Shown: piece by piece, positions 41,270-50,527 of the stretch
How positions within the stretch are numbered: position 1 is the first letter of the stretch
Layout of the letters: each line of letters opens with the position of its first letter
Source of the DNA: Dehalococcoidia bacterium
GTDB lineage: Bacteria > Chloroflexota > Dehalococcoidia > Lucifugimonadales > Australimonadaceae
DNA length: 64,000 bases
NCBI GenBank assembly: GCA_965219845.1
Contig: CBDCOP010000006.1
Span: 294,670-358,669, forward strand
Direction of reading: 5' to 3'
The notes under the pieces: model-generated
Told to the model about the DNA's origin: nothing
The model's input: only the letters and a program-made list of their open reading frames with translations
Database searches by the model: none
Position numbers and translations under genes: made by a program

Positions 41270-41475
41270 CCATCGCAGGAACGACGGGAGGGACGCCGGG
41301 CCTCCCCAGCCCCCGGTTCACCCTCACCCTAACCCTCTCCACTCAAGGGAGAGGGGATCAGACGGGAATGACGAAAGGGACACCGGGCCGGTTCACCCCC
41401 ATCCTGGCCTTCCCCCATCGAGGGGGAAGGGACCAAGCAGGGGCGAGGTTCCTGCCTCCGCAGGAACGACGAGGT
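41270..41475. repeat. REP cluster (D-half, A', C-half, B, D)
   Basis: Contains CCCTCTCCACTCAAGGGAGAGGGGATC, TTCACCCCCATCCTGGCCTTCCCCCATCGAGGGGGAAGGGACCAAGC and AGGTTCCTGCCTCCGCAGGAACGACG. Confidence 0.9.
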
Positions 41476-41519
41476 TGCCCATCGGCCTACAGTGGTATCA
41501 TTGATAAGATGGAGGCAGA

Positions 41520-42512
41520 ATGACACAGGCGCACTATGCGATAGAAGCGACAAACATCTACAGGCGGTTCGGCGAGGTGCGCGCCGTCGAGGGCGTCAGC
41601 CTCGCGGTGAGTCCGGGCGAGATCTACGGCTTCCTCGGCCCCAACGGAGCGGGGAAGACCACCATGCTCCGAGTGCTGACGACGCTGCTCCTCCCGTCGG
41701 GCGGCAGCGCGACGGTTGCCGGGTTCGACGTGGTGTCGGAGGCGGTGCAGGTCCGGCTGAAGATCGGGACGGCGTTGCAAGATGTGGGGCTGGACCCGAA
41801 GCAGTCCGGCTTGGAGCTGCTGCGCCTGCAGGGCTCGCTGTACGGACTCTCCCGCAGGGAAACGAAACGCCGCATCGAGGAGCTCGAGCACCTCGTGGAC
41901 ATCGGCGACGCGATGAGCCGCCTCATCGGGACGTACTCCGGCGGCATGAAACGCCGCCTCGACCTCGCCGCGTCGCTGATCCACGCGCCGGAGGTGCTCT
42001 TCCTCGACGAGCCAACCACAGGCCTCGACCCCATCAGCCGCGCCCGCGTGTGGGACTACGTGCGGGCCATCAACCGGGAGATGGGCGTGACGATCTTTCT
42101 GACGACCCAGTACCTGGAGGAGGCTGACGCGCTCGCGGAGCGGGTCGGCATCATCAACCACGGCGTGGTGTCCGCGGAAGGCACGCCCGCCGAACTCAAA
42201 CGTTCGGTCGGCTCCGACGTGATCGTTGCCACTGTGGGCGAACCGGAGCAGGGCCGAGCCGCGCTGGAGCGGGTTGGTTCCGTACAGCAGGTGGACGTGT
42301 ACGAGAACGAGATATCCATCTCAACAGCGAACGGCGCGGCGTTGATAAGCGACGTTGCGCTCGCGCTCAATCATGCGGGGGTGACGGTGAACTCGCTTAC
42401 GCTGCGCACTCCAACCTTGGACGACGTGTTCCTGCAGGTCACCGGAGCGCGCATGGAAGCGGAGGCGGAGGGCTCCACCCACGACACCGAGCCGCAGGGG
42501 GTGGCATCGTGA
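41520..42512 (+). CDS. ABC-2 type exporter, ATP-binding protein (DrrA-like)
   Basis: ATG follows GGAGG. Walker A GPNGAGKTT, signature YSGGMKRRL, Walker B LFLDEPTTGLD. Confidence 0.9.
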   Translation: MTQAHYAIEATNIYRRFGEVRAVEGVSLAVSPGEIYGFLGPNGAGKTTMLRVLTTLLLPSGGSATVAGFDVVSEAVQVRLKIGTALQDVGLDPKQSGLELLRLQGSLYGLSRRETKRRIEELEHLVDIGDAMSRLIGTYSGGMKRRLDLAASLIHAPEVLFLDEPTTGLDPISRARVWDYVRAINREMGVTIFLTTQYLEEADALAERVGIINHGVVSAEGTPAELKRSVGSDVIVATVGEPEQGRAALERVGSVQQVDVYENEISISTANGAALISDVALALNHAGVTVNSLTLRTPTLDDVFLQVTGARMEAEAEGSTHDTEPQGVAS

Positions 42513-43327
42513 CCACCGCCACGCAGTCCATGACGCCGGTTACAGCGCGCCGGGCGGGCTTCCTGCGCGACGTGATGAGCCTAGGCGGGCGGGCGTTGCG
42601 CTCCATCCCGCGCGACGTCGAGACGCTCGTCCCCGCGCTCATCATCCCGGTCTTCTTCTTCATCATCAACGTCGGAGCGTTGCAGGACCTGACGGAGATA
42701 CCCGGTGGAGCGGCGGCGGCAGGGTTCGACTACAAGGCGTTCCAGATACCCGTCGCCATCCTGTTCGCCGTGACCGGACTGAGCCGGGCGAACATACTGG
42801 TGCTGGACATCCAGAACGGCTACTTCGACCGGCTCGCGTTGTCGCCGGTGAACCGCCTGGCGATGCTCCTGGGGTTCATGGTGGCGGACATGGCGCTCGC
42901 CGTCGCGATGTCGGTGCCGGTGTTCGTGCTCGCGTTCGCTATAGGGGTGGACTTCGTGACAGGGCTGCTCGGCATCGCTGCGCTGCTCGTGCTCACGGTC
43001 ATCTGGGCGATCGTCTACAACGGCTTCCCGTACGCGATCGCGCTGAAGACGGGCAATCCCGCGGCGGTGAACTCCAGCTTCATCATCTTCTTCCCCGTGG
43101 TATTCCTGAGCCCGGTGTTCGTTCCCCAGGAGGCGATGACCGGTTGGATGGAGACCATCGTCCAGTACAACCCGGTGACGTACCTGCTGCGCGGGATGCG
43201 CTCGCTCATCAGCGAGGGCTGGGCGCCGGAGGACATCTTTGTCGCGTTGCTCGGTATCGCGGCCATCGGGGTCGTCACGATTCCGCTTGCGACGCTGGCG
43301 CTGCTGGGGCGCGTCCGGAGGTCGTAG
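42509..43327 (+). CDS. ABC-2 type exporter permease
   Basis: GTG overlaps the upstream TGA (GTGA). 272-aa six-TM-type hydrophobic protein directly coupled to the ATPase gene. Confidence 0.8.
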   Translation: MTTATQSMTPVTARRAGFLRDVMSLGGRALRSIPRDVETLVPALIIPVFFFIINVGALQDLTEIPGGAAAAGFDYKAFQIPVAILFAVTGLSRANILVLDIQNGYFDRLALSPVNRLAMLLGFMVADMALAVAMSVPVFVLAFAIGVDFVTGLLGIAALLVLTVIWAIVYNGFPYAIALKTGNPAAVNSSFIIFFPVVFLSPVFVPQEAMTGWMETIVQYNPVTYLLRGMRSLISEGWAPEDIFVALLGIAAIGVVTIPLATLALLGRVRRS

Positions 43328-43374
43328 GGGCGTGGGGCGGAGGGGTTGCGAGACGCCCCCATACCCACGCCCCC

Positions 43375-43650
43375 ACGGTACGCTCACCCGTGCTCTCCCG
43401 CCATGTATGGACCCTTGCGTAACCCATCGCATACCCCACGTCCCGCCAACCCTCACCCCAGCCCTCTCCCGCCATCGGGAGAGGGAGCAGGCAGCCTCCC
43501 CACCACATCCGCCCTGGGCTGCGAGATTCCCGCTTCGCGGGAATGATGGAAGGGGGTGGGAATGGCGGAGGAAAGGGGCTGCGAGGTCCCTGCCTGCGCA
43601 GGAACGACGGGGGAACGTCCCGAGAGATGTTTCGGCTACGCTCAACATGA
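43375..43650. repeat. REP cluster (A variants, C, D)
   Basis: Contains CCCTCTCCCGCCATCGGGAGAGGGA, GAGATTCCCGCTTCGCGGGAATGATGG and GAGGTCCCTGCCTGCGCAGGAACGACG. Confidence 0.9.
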
Positions 43651-43682
43651 CAAGAGGTGGGGGCGTGTATGGTAGGGGCCTC

Positions 43683-44975
43683 ATGGAGAACGGCCCTGCG
43701 CCCATACAACATCTGCCCCGCCTGTGGCCGTCCCGCGCCTACTACGGCTGGGCCATCGTCTTCACCAGCTTCTTCATCTCCATCGCGCAGGTGCCGATGT
43801 ACGGCCCGGTCTTCTCCGTGTTCGTCAGGCCCATCGCTGACGACCTCGGCTGGACCCGCACCACCGTAACCGTCGCGTTCACCGTGGGGAGTCTGGGAGG
43901 CGCGCTGCTCGCCTCAGTTGTCGGCCCGGTGGTGGACCGGTACGGCGCGCGGGGCGTGATGGGAGCGACCGGCCTGCTGGTGACAGCAGGACTCCTGGGC
44001 ATCGCGGCGATGAGCGAGCCGTGGCAATTCTGGGTTGCGTACGGCGCGGCGCGGACCGTGTCCGTGGCGGGCGTGGGGCTCGGCACGTCGGTCGCCATCG
44101 CGAACTGGTTCATCCGCAAGCGCGGGCGCGCCATCGCGATGCGCGCCGCCGGACAGCGTGGAGGGCAGGCCATCATGCCGCTGCTCATCCTGCCGGTGCT
44201 GCTCACACTGGGGTGGCGCGAGTCGTTCGTCGTGCTGGGAGTGGTGGCCGCGCTGTTCATCACCGTCCCCTCGTTGCTGTTCATCCGGCGCAGGCCGGAG
44301 GACTTCGGACTCCGACCCGACGGCGACAGCGGTGAGTCCTCCGATGCGTCTCGCGCCCGTATGTCCGCCGAGTATTCGTGGACCCTCCGCCAGGTGCGGG
44401 CGACGCGGACGCTCTGGATGTTGACGGTGGGGATGGCTGCCGGGTTGGCGGCGCAGATCGCCATCAACGTGCACGCGGTGGCGAACTTCGAGGACAAGGG
44501 CATCTCGCAGGGGCTCGCGGTGACGGTTGCGAGCATCTTCACCGGCGTGGCGGCGGTCTCGATGGTGGGCTGGGGCGTGCTGGTGGAACGCATCCACGTG
44601 CGCTACGTGAGCATGGCGGCGATGGCGCTCTTCTTCCTGGCGATGGGAGTGCTGCTCGTTGCGGAGACGTACCCGATGGCAGTGCTCTTCGCGTTGCTGT
44701 TCGGCCTCGGAACAGGTGGGTGGACGGTGGCCCAGATGATCATGATCCCGAATTATTTTGGACGTCTCCACGCGGGATCGATCAAGGGGTTCATCTCGCC
44801 GGTCGAAGGATTGCTGGGCATCAGCGGCCCGCTGGTGGCCGCGCGAGTGTTCGACGCGACGGGCAGCTACGATGCAGCGTTCGTCGGCGCCGCGGTGACG
44901 TTCGCCGTGGGCATTGCCGCGTTCTACGTCGCGAAACCGCTGCGCGCGCCGTCGGCGGTGGGAGCGCCGGCCTGA
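43683..44975 (+). CDS. MFS transporter (oxalate/formate-antiporter-like), paralog 1
   Basis: ORF 43239..44975 is over-extended through REP DNA; ATG 43683 chosen (start uncertain). YYGWAIVFTSFFI...MYGPVFSVF is similar to the downstream paralog. Confidence 0.75.
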   Translation: MENGPAPIQHLPRLWPSRAYYGWAIVFTSFFISIAQVPMYGPVFSVFVRPIADDLGWTRTTVTVAFTVGSLGGALLASVVGPVVDRYGARGVMGATGLLVTAGLLGIAAMSEPWQFWVAYGAARTVSVAGVGLGTSVAIANWFIRKRGRAIAMRAAGQRGGQAIMPLLILPVLLTLGWRESFVVLGVVAALFITVPSLLFIRRRPEDFGLRPDGDSGESSDASRARMSAEYSWTLRQVRATRTLWMLTVGMAAGLAAQIAINVHAVANFEDKGISQGLAVTVASIFTGVAAVSMVGWGVLVERIHVRYVSMAAMALFFLAMGVLLVAETYPMAVLFALLFGLGTGGWTVAQMIMIPNYFGRLHAGSIKGFISPVEGLLGISGPLVAARVFDATGSYDAAFVGAAVTFAVGIAAFYVAKPLRAPSAVGAPA

Positions 44976-46345
44976 TGCGCGAGCAGCAGCACCAGCCGCT
45001 CCCCCGGCTCTGGCCGTTCAAAAAGGTCTTCTACGGCTGGGCGATCGTCGGCACGTCCGTCGTGGTGACGTTCGCGCAGGTGCCGATGTACGGGCCCGTG
45101 CTGTCCGTGTTCGTGACGCCCATCGAGCAGGAGCTGGGGTGGGCGCGCTGGGAGACCGCAATGGCGTTCACCATCGGCAGCCTGGGCGGGTCGATCGGAT
45201 CGGCGCTGGTCGGACACCTGCTGGACCGTTACGGCGCGCGGGCGGCGGTAGTGGTTTCGGGGATGCTGGTCACCGGGGCGCTGCTGGGCCTTGCGGTCAT
45301 GCAGGAAGTCTGGCAGTTCTGGGGGCTGTTCGGACTTGGCCGGACGGCGGCGCTCACCGGCGTGAACCTCGGCGTCACGGTTGCGCTGGGCAACTGGTTC
45401 ATCCGCAAGCGCGGCCGGGCGCTCTCGTTCATGACCGTGGGTCTGCGGGCGGGGCAGGCGCTCGTACCGCTGGTCATCGTGACACCGCTCATACTTGCCT
45501 ACTCGTGGCGGCACGCCTACGTTGCACTGGCGGTCCTGGCGTTCGTCTTCGTCGCTCTTCCAGGCTGGCTGTTCATCCGGCGGAGGCCGGAGGACTTCGG
45601 ACTGCTGCCGGATGGGGAGAGGGGACCAGGCGAGGTTCCTGCCTCCGCAGGAACGACGACCAGTGGTGCAGGAACGACGACCAATGGTGCAGGAACGACG
45701 ACCAGTGGGGCAGGAACGGCGGACGGAGAGGTGTCGTTCACGCTGGCAGAGGCGAAGCGCACACCGGCCTTCTGGCTGCTGACCATCGCGACGATGACGG
45801 TGATCTTCGCGCAGACCGCGGTGAACGTGCACGCGGTGCCGAGCGTGGAGGACAGGGGGGTGAGCCAGGCGTTCTCCGGCACGTTCGTCTTCATCATCAT
45901 GGGCACGGCGGCGCTCTCGGCCTACGGCTGGGGGGCGCTGATGGACAAGATCCACGTGCGGTGGGCGACCATCATCGCCACGCTCTTCTCGGCAGTAGCG
46001 ATGATCGTGCTCATCTTCGCCGACACCATCCTCATGGCGGCGGTGTTCGGCGTCCTGTTCGGGCTCGGCACGGGCGCCTGGACGATCTCGCAGATACTGC
46101 TGTTCGCCAACTACTTCGGCCGGCGGCACCTCGGCGCGATACGCGGGCTCTCGCAACTGCTGGCCGCGCCGCTCTCGTCGTTCGGCGCGGTGCTGGCGGG
46201 AGCGATCCAGACAGTGACGGGCGGCTACACGCTGGCGTTCCTCATCTTCTTCGTATCGCTGGTGATCGTGGTGGTGGCGCTTCTGCTGGCCAAGCCGCCG
46301 CGCAAGCCCGCGCCGGCCAGCCACACCGGTTCACCCCATTCCTAA
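44975..46345 (+). CDS. MFS transporter, paralog 2, carrying a REP-derived in-frame insertion
   Basis: ATG overlaps the upstream TGA (TGATG). Colinear with paralog 1 except for ~30 extra residues in the central loop. The last codons and the TAA stop lie inside a REP-B unit. Confidence 0.8.
   Translation: MREQQHQPLPRLWPFKKVFYGWAIVGTSVVVTFAQVPMYGPVLSVFVTPIEQELGWARWETAMAFTIGSLGGSIGSALVGHLLDRYGARAAVVVSGMLVTGALLGLAVMQEVWQFWGLFGLGRTAALTGVNLGVTVALGNWFIRKRGRALSFMTVGLRAGQALVPLVIVTPLILAYSWRHAYVALAVLAFVFVALPGWLFIRRRPEDFGLLPDGERGPGEVPASAGTTTSGAGTTTNGAGTTTSGAGTADGEVSFTLAEAKRTPAFWLLTIATMTVIFAQTAVNVHAVPSVEDRGVSQAFSGTFVFIIMGTAALSAYGWGALMDKIHVRWATIIATLFSAVAMIVLIFADTILMAAVFGVLFGLGTGAWTISQILLFANYFGRRHLGAIRGLSQLLAAPLSSFGAVLAGAIQTVTGGYTLAFLIFFVSLVIVVVALLLAKPPRKPAPASHTGSPHS
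45613..45720 (+). repeat. REP A'/D composite plus 21-bp tandem repeat inside a coding region
   Basis: GGGAGAGGGGACCAGGCGAGGTTCCTGCCTCCGCAGGAACGACG closely resembles the intergenic composite near 41428..41470. GCAGGAACGACGACCAGTGGT repeats at 45647, 45668 and 45689 (plus a partial unit), encoding AGTTTSG x3. Confidence 0.9.
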
Positions 46346-46437
46346 CCTTCCCCCATCGAGGGGGAAGGGATAGAACACCGCCCTGCATGCACCTTCCCCA
46401 AGGCTATGCAAGGGTCTCCATGCAGGGAGAGGGGAGC
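46331..46437. repeat. REP cluster (B, A variant)
   Basis: TTCACCCCATTCCTAACCTTCCCCCATCGAGGGGGAAGGGATAGAA and TCTCCATGCAGGGAGAGGGGAGCC lie between convergent genes. Confidence 0.9.
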
Positions 46438-47685
46438 CTACACGAAGCCTCGCAGCTTGATGGCTCGGGCGACGCGCTCGACGCCGATCTCCATCGCCGT
46501 CTCGCGGTACGCGCATCCCGCCTCCCGCGCCTTCGCCGCGACCGCGCGGTAAGCGGCAACGATGCGCCGCTGCAGTTCCTCGTTCACGCGCTCCTCCGTC
46601 CAGCTGAATTGTTGTAAGTTTTGCGTCCACTCGAAGTAGGAGACGGTGACGCCCCCGCCATTGACGAGGATGTCCGGCAGGACGGGGATGCCGCGTTCCG
46701 CGAGGATACGGTCTGCCTCGGGTGTCGTGGGGTGGTTGGCGGCTTCGAGTACGAGTTTCGCCGGCAGCGTCCCCGCGTTCTCCTCCGTGAGTGCGTTCTC
46801 CATCGCAGCGGGGACGAACACGTCGCACTCGACCGAGAAGATGTCCTCGGTGCGGCAGTTCTCGCCGCCCGTGAACCCAGCGACGGTGTGGTGTTCCCCG
46901 GCGTATTCGGCGAGCGCAGGAATGTCCAGCCCGTTCGCGTTGCAGATCGAGCCGTGCAGGTCGGCGACAGCGACGACGCGCAAGCCCTCCTCGTGCGCTA
47001 TTCTTGCGAACCACGAGCCGACGTTGCCGAAGCCCTGCACCGCGACCCGCGCGCCCTGCACCTGCATGTCGAGGTCGTGCATCGCCTCTGTCAGCACGAA
47101 CACCGCGCCGCGTCCGGTGGCCGCCTCGCGCCCCGCCGAGCCGCCCAGTTCGATGGGCTTGCCGGTCACGACGGACGGGTTGTAGCCGTGCAACTGGCCG
47201 TACTCGTCCATCATCCACGCCATCGTCTGCGCGTTGGTGCCCATGTCAGGCGCGGGAATATCGCGATGGGGGCCGAGGAGGTGCTGGATGCTGCGGGTGT
47301 AGCGCCGCGTAACGCGGTTCAGCTCAGCTTCGCTCAGCGTGTGGGGGTCGAGTTCGATGCCGCCCTTCGCGCCGCCGAACGGGATGTCGAGCAGGGCGGT
47401 CTTCCACGTCATCAGCGAGGCGAGGGCGCGCACCTCGTCTTCGTCGGCGTGGGGGTGGTAGCGGAGGCCGCCCTTGTACGGTCCGCGCACGGCGTTGTGC
47501 TGCACGCGGTAGCCAATGAAGACCTCGATCCGGCCGTCGTCCATCCGCACGGGGAGGGAGACGCGGAGCTCCCGCCACGGCTCGACGAGCATGTTGCACA
47601 AGCCCTGCGGCAACCCCAGGCGCTCCGCCGCGTAGTCGAACGAGCATCGGACGTCTTCCTGTGCGCTTCGCTCTTTGACGGCCAT
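46438..47685 (-). CDS. gdhA: NAD(P)-dependent glutamate dehydrogenase
   Basis: ATG at 47685 follows GAGGAG. The Glu/Leu/Phe/Val dehydrogenase signature LLDIPFGGAKGGI and a Rossmann motif VAVQGFGNVG. 415 aa. Confidence 0.9.
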   Translation of the reverse strand: MAVKERSAQEDVRCSFDYAAERLGLPQGLCNMLVEPWRELRVSLPVRMDDGRIEVFIGYRVQHNAVRGPYKGGLRYHPHADEDEVRALASLMTWKTALLDIPFGGAKGGIELDPHTLSEAELNRVTRRYTRSIQHLLGPHRDIPAPDMGTNAQTMAWMMDEYGQLHGYNPSVVTGKPIELGGSAGREAATGRGAVFVLTEAMHDLDMQVQGARVAVQGFGNVGSWFARIAHEEGLRVVAVADLHGSICNANGLDIPALAEYAGEHHTVAGFTGGENCRTEDIFSVECDVFVPAAMENALTEENAGTLPAKLVLEAANHPTTPEADRILAERGIPVLPDILVNGGGVTVSYFEWTQNLQQFSWTEERVNEELQRRIVAAYRAVAAKAREAGCAYRETAMEIGVERVARAIKLRGFV

Positions 47686-47739
47686 CGTGGTCTCCTCTCG
47701 ATCCGGGACCTCGTGCAACCTCACCGCTCCCCACTTCAC

Positions 47740-47792
47740 CCCGGAGTACCCTCACCCTAGCCCTCTCCCCTTGTAGGGAGAGGGGATCGGAG
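47740..47792. repeat. REP-A unit
   Basis: GGAGTACCCTCACCCTAGCCCTCTCCCCTTGTAGGGAGAGGGGATCGG. Confidence 0.9.
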
Positions 47793-47896
47793 TCCTCAAT
47801 TCGAGGATATCACCCTGCCTGCCGTGGCCCGTTCGAGACTGACGCGCTATCGGGAAGCGGAGGCTGCTATGCTCGCGGCATGGTGACCGGTAGCGC

Positions 47897-49123
47897 ATGA
47901 GCGTGTCAGGCCAGCGGCGGCGGGCCGCCTTGACCCACGCCCCCATCTTCTTCTCCTTCTTCACGTGGGGGTTCGGCACGGGCGCTCAGAACCTGGGACG
48001 CCCGTTGTTCGCACTGGCCGTTACGGGCAACGTCTTCCTGGTTGGGGTGCTGCTTGCGGCCAACGCCATACCACGCGCCTTCACCGGCCCGGTAACCGGC
48101 TTCCTCACGGACAAGCTGGGCCGCAAGCCGATGGTGCTGATGGGCCCCATCGTGCGCGGCGTAACCAACATCGGACAGTTCTTCGCGGACGACTACGCCA
48201 CATTCTTCGTGCTCGAAATGATCGGCCAGGTGGGCGTCGCCATGTGGGCAACGAGCTCCAACGTCCTCCTTTCCGACGTCACCAGCACTGAGAGCCGTGG
48301 TCGTGTGCTGGCGCTGCGCAACATGGCGACACGGCTGGGGTTCGTTGCCGGCCCCGCGGTGGGAGGGGTGCTGGCTCTGACGTTCGGGCTGGAGTCGGTC
48401 TTCCTGCTCAATGGGGTGAGCAAGATCGTTATCGTGGTTGTGGTGCTGACGATGGTGAAGGAGACGCGTCCGCAAGAGCTTGCCGAGGCGGGGAGCCCGG
48501 GACGGCAGGGGGCGCGGCTCTCGTTCGAACCGTTCCGCGACCGGACGTTCGCGGTCGTGGCGGTGGCGACCGCCGCGTTTGCAATGAGCAATGCGGGCAT
48601 CGCGCAGGCACTCCTGCCGGTGCATGCGGTGGACGCGTTGATGCTGGACGAAGCGGTTGTGGGGTTCCTCATCAGCCTCACCTCCGCACTCACCTTCTTG
48701 TGGGCATTTCCCAACGGCATGATCGCGGACCGTTTCGGGCGGAAGTGGTCGCTCGGGCCCGGGCTGCTGATAATGGCGGCGGCAGCAGTGGCGCTAACCG
48801 TGGGCGACGTGTATGCGGCGCTGCTGGTGGCGGCGGTGCTCATCGGCATCGGCGAGGCAGCGGGCATGGGGACCTCACAGACATTCGCGATGGACATGGC
48901 GCCACCGGAGAAGCGGGGGATGTACCTGGGCCTCTTCATGCTGGCGCAGTCGGTGGGTGCAACGATAGGGCCGTTGCTGTTGACCGCTCTTTACCATTTC
49001 GTTTTCCCGGACCTGTCGTTCGCTACGATGGCGGTGCTGTTGGTGCTGGCCGCCCTCATGCTGGCGTTGATGGCACGGGAGACCGGCGGACGCGCCCGGC
49101 TCCGCCAGGCTGACGCTCCGTAG
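47897..49123 (+). CDS. MFS transporter
   Basis: 408-aa ORF with 12 predicted hydrophobic segments. MFS motif GFLTDKLGRKP between TM2 and TM3. Confidence 0.85.
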   Translation: MSVSGQRRRAALTHAPIFFSFFTWGFGTGAQNLGRPLFALAVTGNVFLVGVLLAANAIPRAFTGPVTGFLTDKLGRKPMVLMGPIVRGVTNIGQFFADDYATFFVLEMIGQVGVAMWATSSNVLLSDVTSTESRGRVLALRNMATRLGFVAGPAVGGVLALTFGLESVFLLNGVSKIVIVVVVLTMVKETRPQELAEAGSPGRQGARLSFEPFRDRTFAVVAVATAAFAMSNAGIAQALLPVHAVDALMLDEAVVGFLISLTSALTFLWAFPNGMIADRFGRKWSLGPGLLIMAAAAVALTVGDVYAALLVAAVLIGIGEAAGMGTSQTFAMDMAPPEKRGMYLGLFMLAQSVGATIGPLLLTALYHFVFPDLSFATMAVLLVLAALMLALMARETGGRARLRQADAP

Positions 49124-50355
49124 TGCCTCCATCGGGCCTGACGTGCGACCCAGGCGGATTGACCCCCGCAGCGCGGACGGCGCATCATCGCAACATCGAA
49201 GCGTACGTTGCATCCGCTCCCGCCCCAGCCTCCGCTCCGCCGCACTCGTTCGTCAACGAGCAGCGGGCGCTCGACGACGCTGTCGCAGCGCTCGCGTCCG
49301 GTTCCGTAGTGGCCATCGACACGGAGGCTGACAGCCGCCACCACTACCCGGAGAAGGTCTGCCTGCTCCAGCTCTCCGATGGCGCACACAGCTACCTCGT
49401 CGATACGCTCGCAGGCCTGGACTACGGCGCGCTGGGCGCTCTCTTCCTCGATGCCTCGGTGCAGAAGGTGCTGCACGGCGGCGACTTCGACCTGCGCGGG
49501 TTGAATCGCGACTTCGGCTTCACGTTCGCCAACTGCTACGACACGTCCATAGCGGCGCGGTTCGCGGGCATCGAACGCTTCGGCCTCGCGTCGCTGCTCG
49601 AGGAGTTGCTGGACGTCCGCATCCCGAAGGACCAGCGTCTGCGGCGGGCGGACTGGTCGCGGCGTCCGCTGGAGAAGGACGCGCTCGCCTACGCGGCGTC
49701 GGACGTGGCGTACCTGCCTACGCTTCGCGACGTGCTGGACGAGCGATCGCGCGCGCTGGGCAGGGAGTCGTGGGTTACGGAGGAGTGCGAGCGCCTCACA
49801 GAGATCAGGCACGTTCCGCCTGACCCGGACATGGCGTGGCTGTCGGTGAAGGGTGCCCACGTGCTCGACGGGAGGGGTCTGGCGGTGCTCAAACCGCTGT
49901 TCGAATTTCGGGAGGTCGAGGCACGGCGGCTCGACCGTCCTCCGGGGTACGTGCTTCCCGCGCAGGCGCTCGTGCATATCGCAGCGCATCCTGGCGCGGC
50001 GGTGGAGGACGTGCCAGGGATGAACGCGACCCTCGTGCGGCGCTACGGGCGGGGCGTCCGCGCTGCCGTGAAGACCGGCGTGGCGTCGCCTCCGCTGCAG
50101 CGCCCGCGCCCACCGCAGCCGCTCTTTCCTCGCATGACCAAGGCCGAGCTGTCACGACTCGGTCGGCTCAAGCGGTGGCGCGCAGGCCTCGGGGCCGACT
50201 TGGGGGTCGACCCCTCCATCCTCTGGCCGATGCGGAGCCTGGAACGGCTGGCCCGCGCGCCGGGGTCGCTCGACGCCGAGTGCGCGTCGGCGGAGGTGCG
50301 GGTGTGGCAGCGGGAGCGGTTCGCCGAGCCGCTGCGGCGGGAACTGGGGCAGTAG
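49123..50355 (+). CDS. rnd: Ribonuclease D (DEDD 3'-5' exonuclease + HRDC domain)
   Basis: GTG start overlaps the upstream TAG (TAGTG); start uncertain. Exo motifs VAIDTEAD, LHGGDFD and YAASDVAYL, with an HRDC-like C-terminal half. Confidence 0.8.
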   Translation: MPPSGLTCDPGGLTPAARTAHHRNIEAYVASAPAPASAPPHSFVNEQRALDDAVAALASGSVVAIDTEADSRHHYPEKVCLLQLSDGAHSYLVDTLAGLDYGALGALFLDASVQKVLHGGDFDLRGLNRDFGFTFANCYDTSIAARFAGIERFGLASLLEELLDVRIPKDQRLRRADWSRRPLEKDALAYAASDVAYLPTLRDVLDERSRALGRESWVTEECERLTEIRHVPPDPDMAWLSVKGAHVLDGRGLAVLKPLFEFREVEARRLDRPPGYVLPAQALVHIAAHPGAAVEDVPGMNATLVRRYGRGVRAAVKTGVASPPLQRPRPPQPLFPRMTKAELSRLGRLKRWRAGLGADLGVDPSILWPMRSLERLARAPGSLDAECASAEVRVWQRERFAEPLRRELGQ

Positions 50356-50395
50356 AGAGCCTTGCAGAACCATCAGCACACCCCAATCTCCACCC

Positions 50396-50448
50396 CTCGG
50401 AGTACCCTCACCCTAGCCCTCTCCCCTTGTAGGGAGAGGGGATCAACA
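50396..50448. repeat. REP-A unit
   Basis: GGAGTACCCTCACCCTAGCCCTCTCCCCTTGTAGGGAGAGGGGATCAA. Confidence 0.9.
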
Positions 50449-50527
50449 CCCCGTTCCACCCTTCGCCTAGGCTAGGCAGAGGTCTCAGTAGCGGAGAACG
50501 AATCGTGCAGGGAAGCGAGAGGACAAC

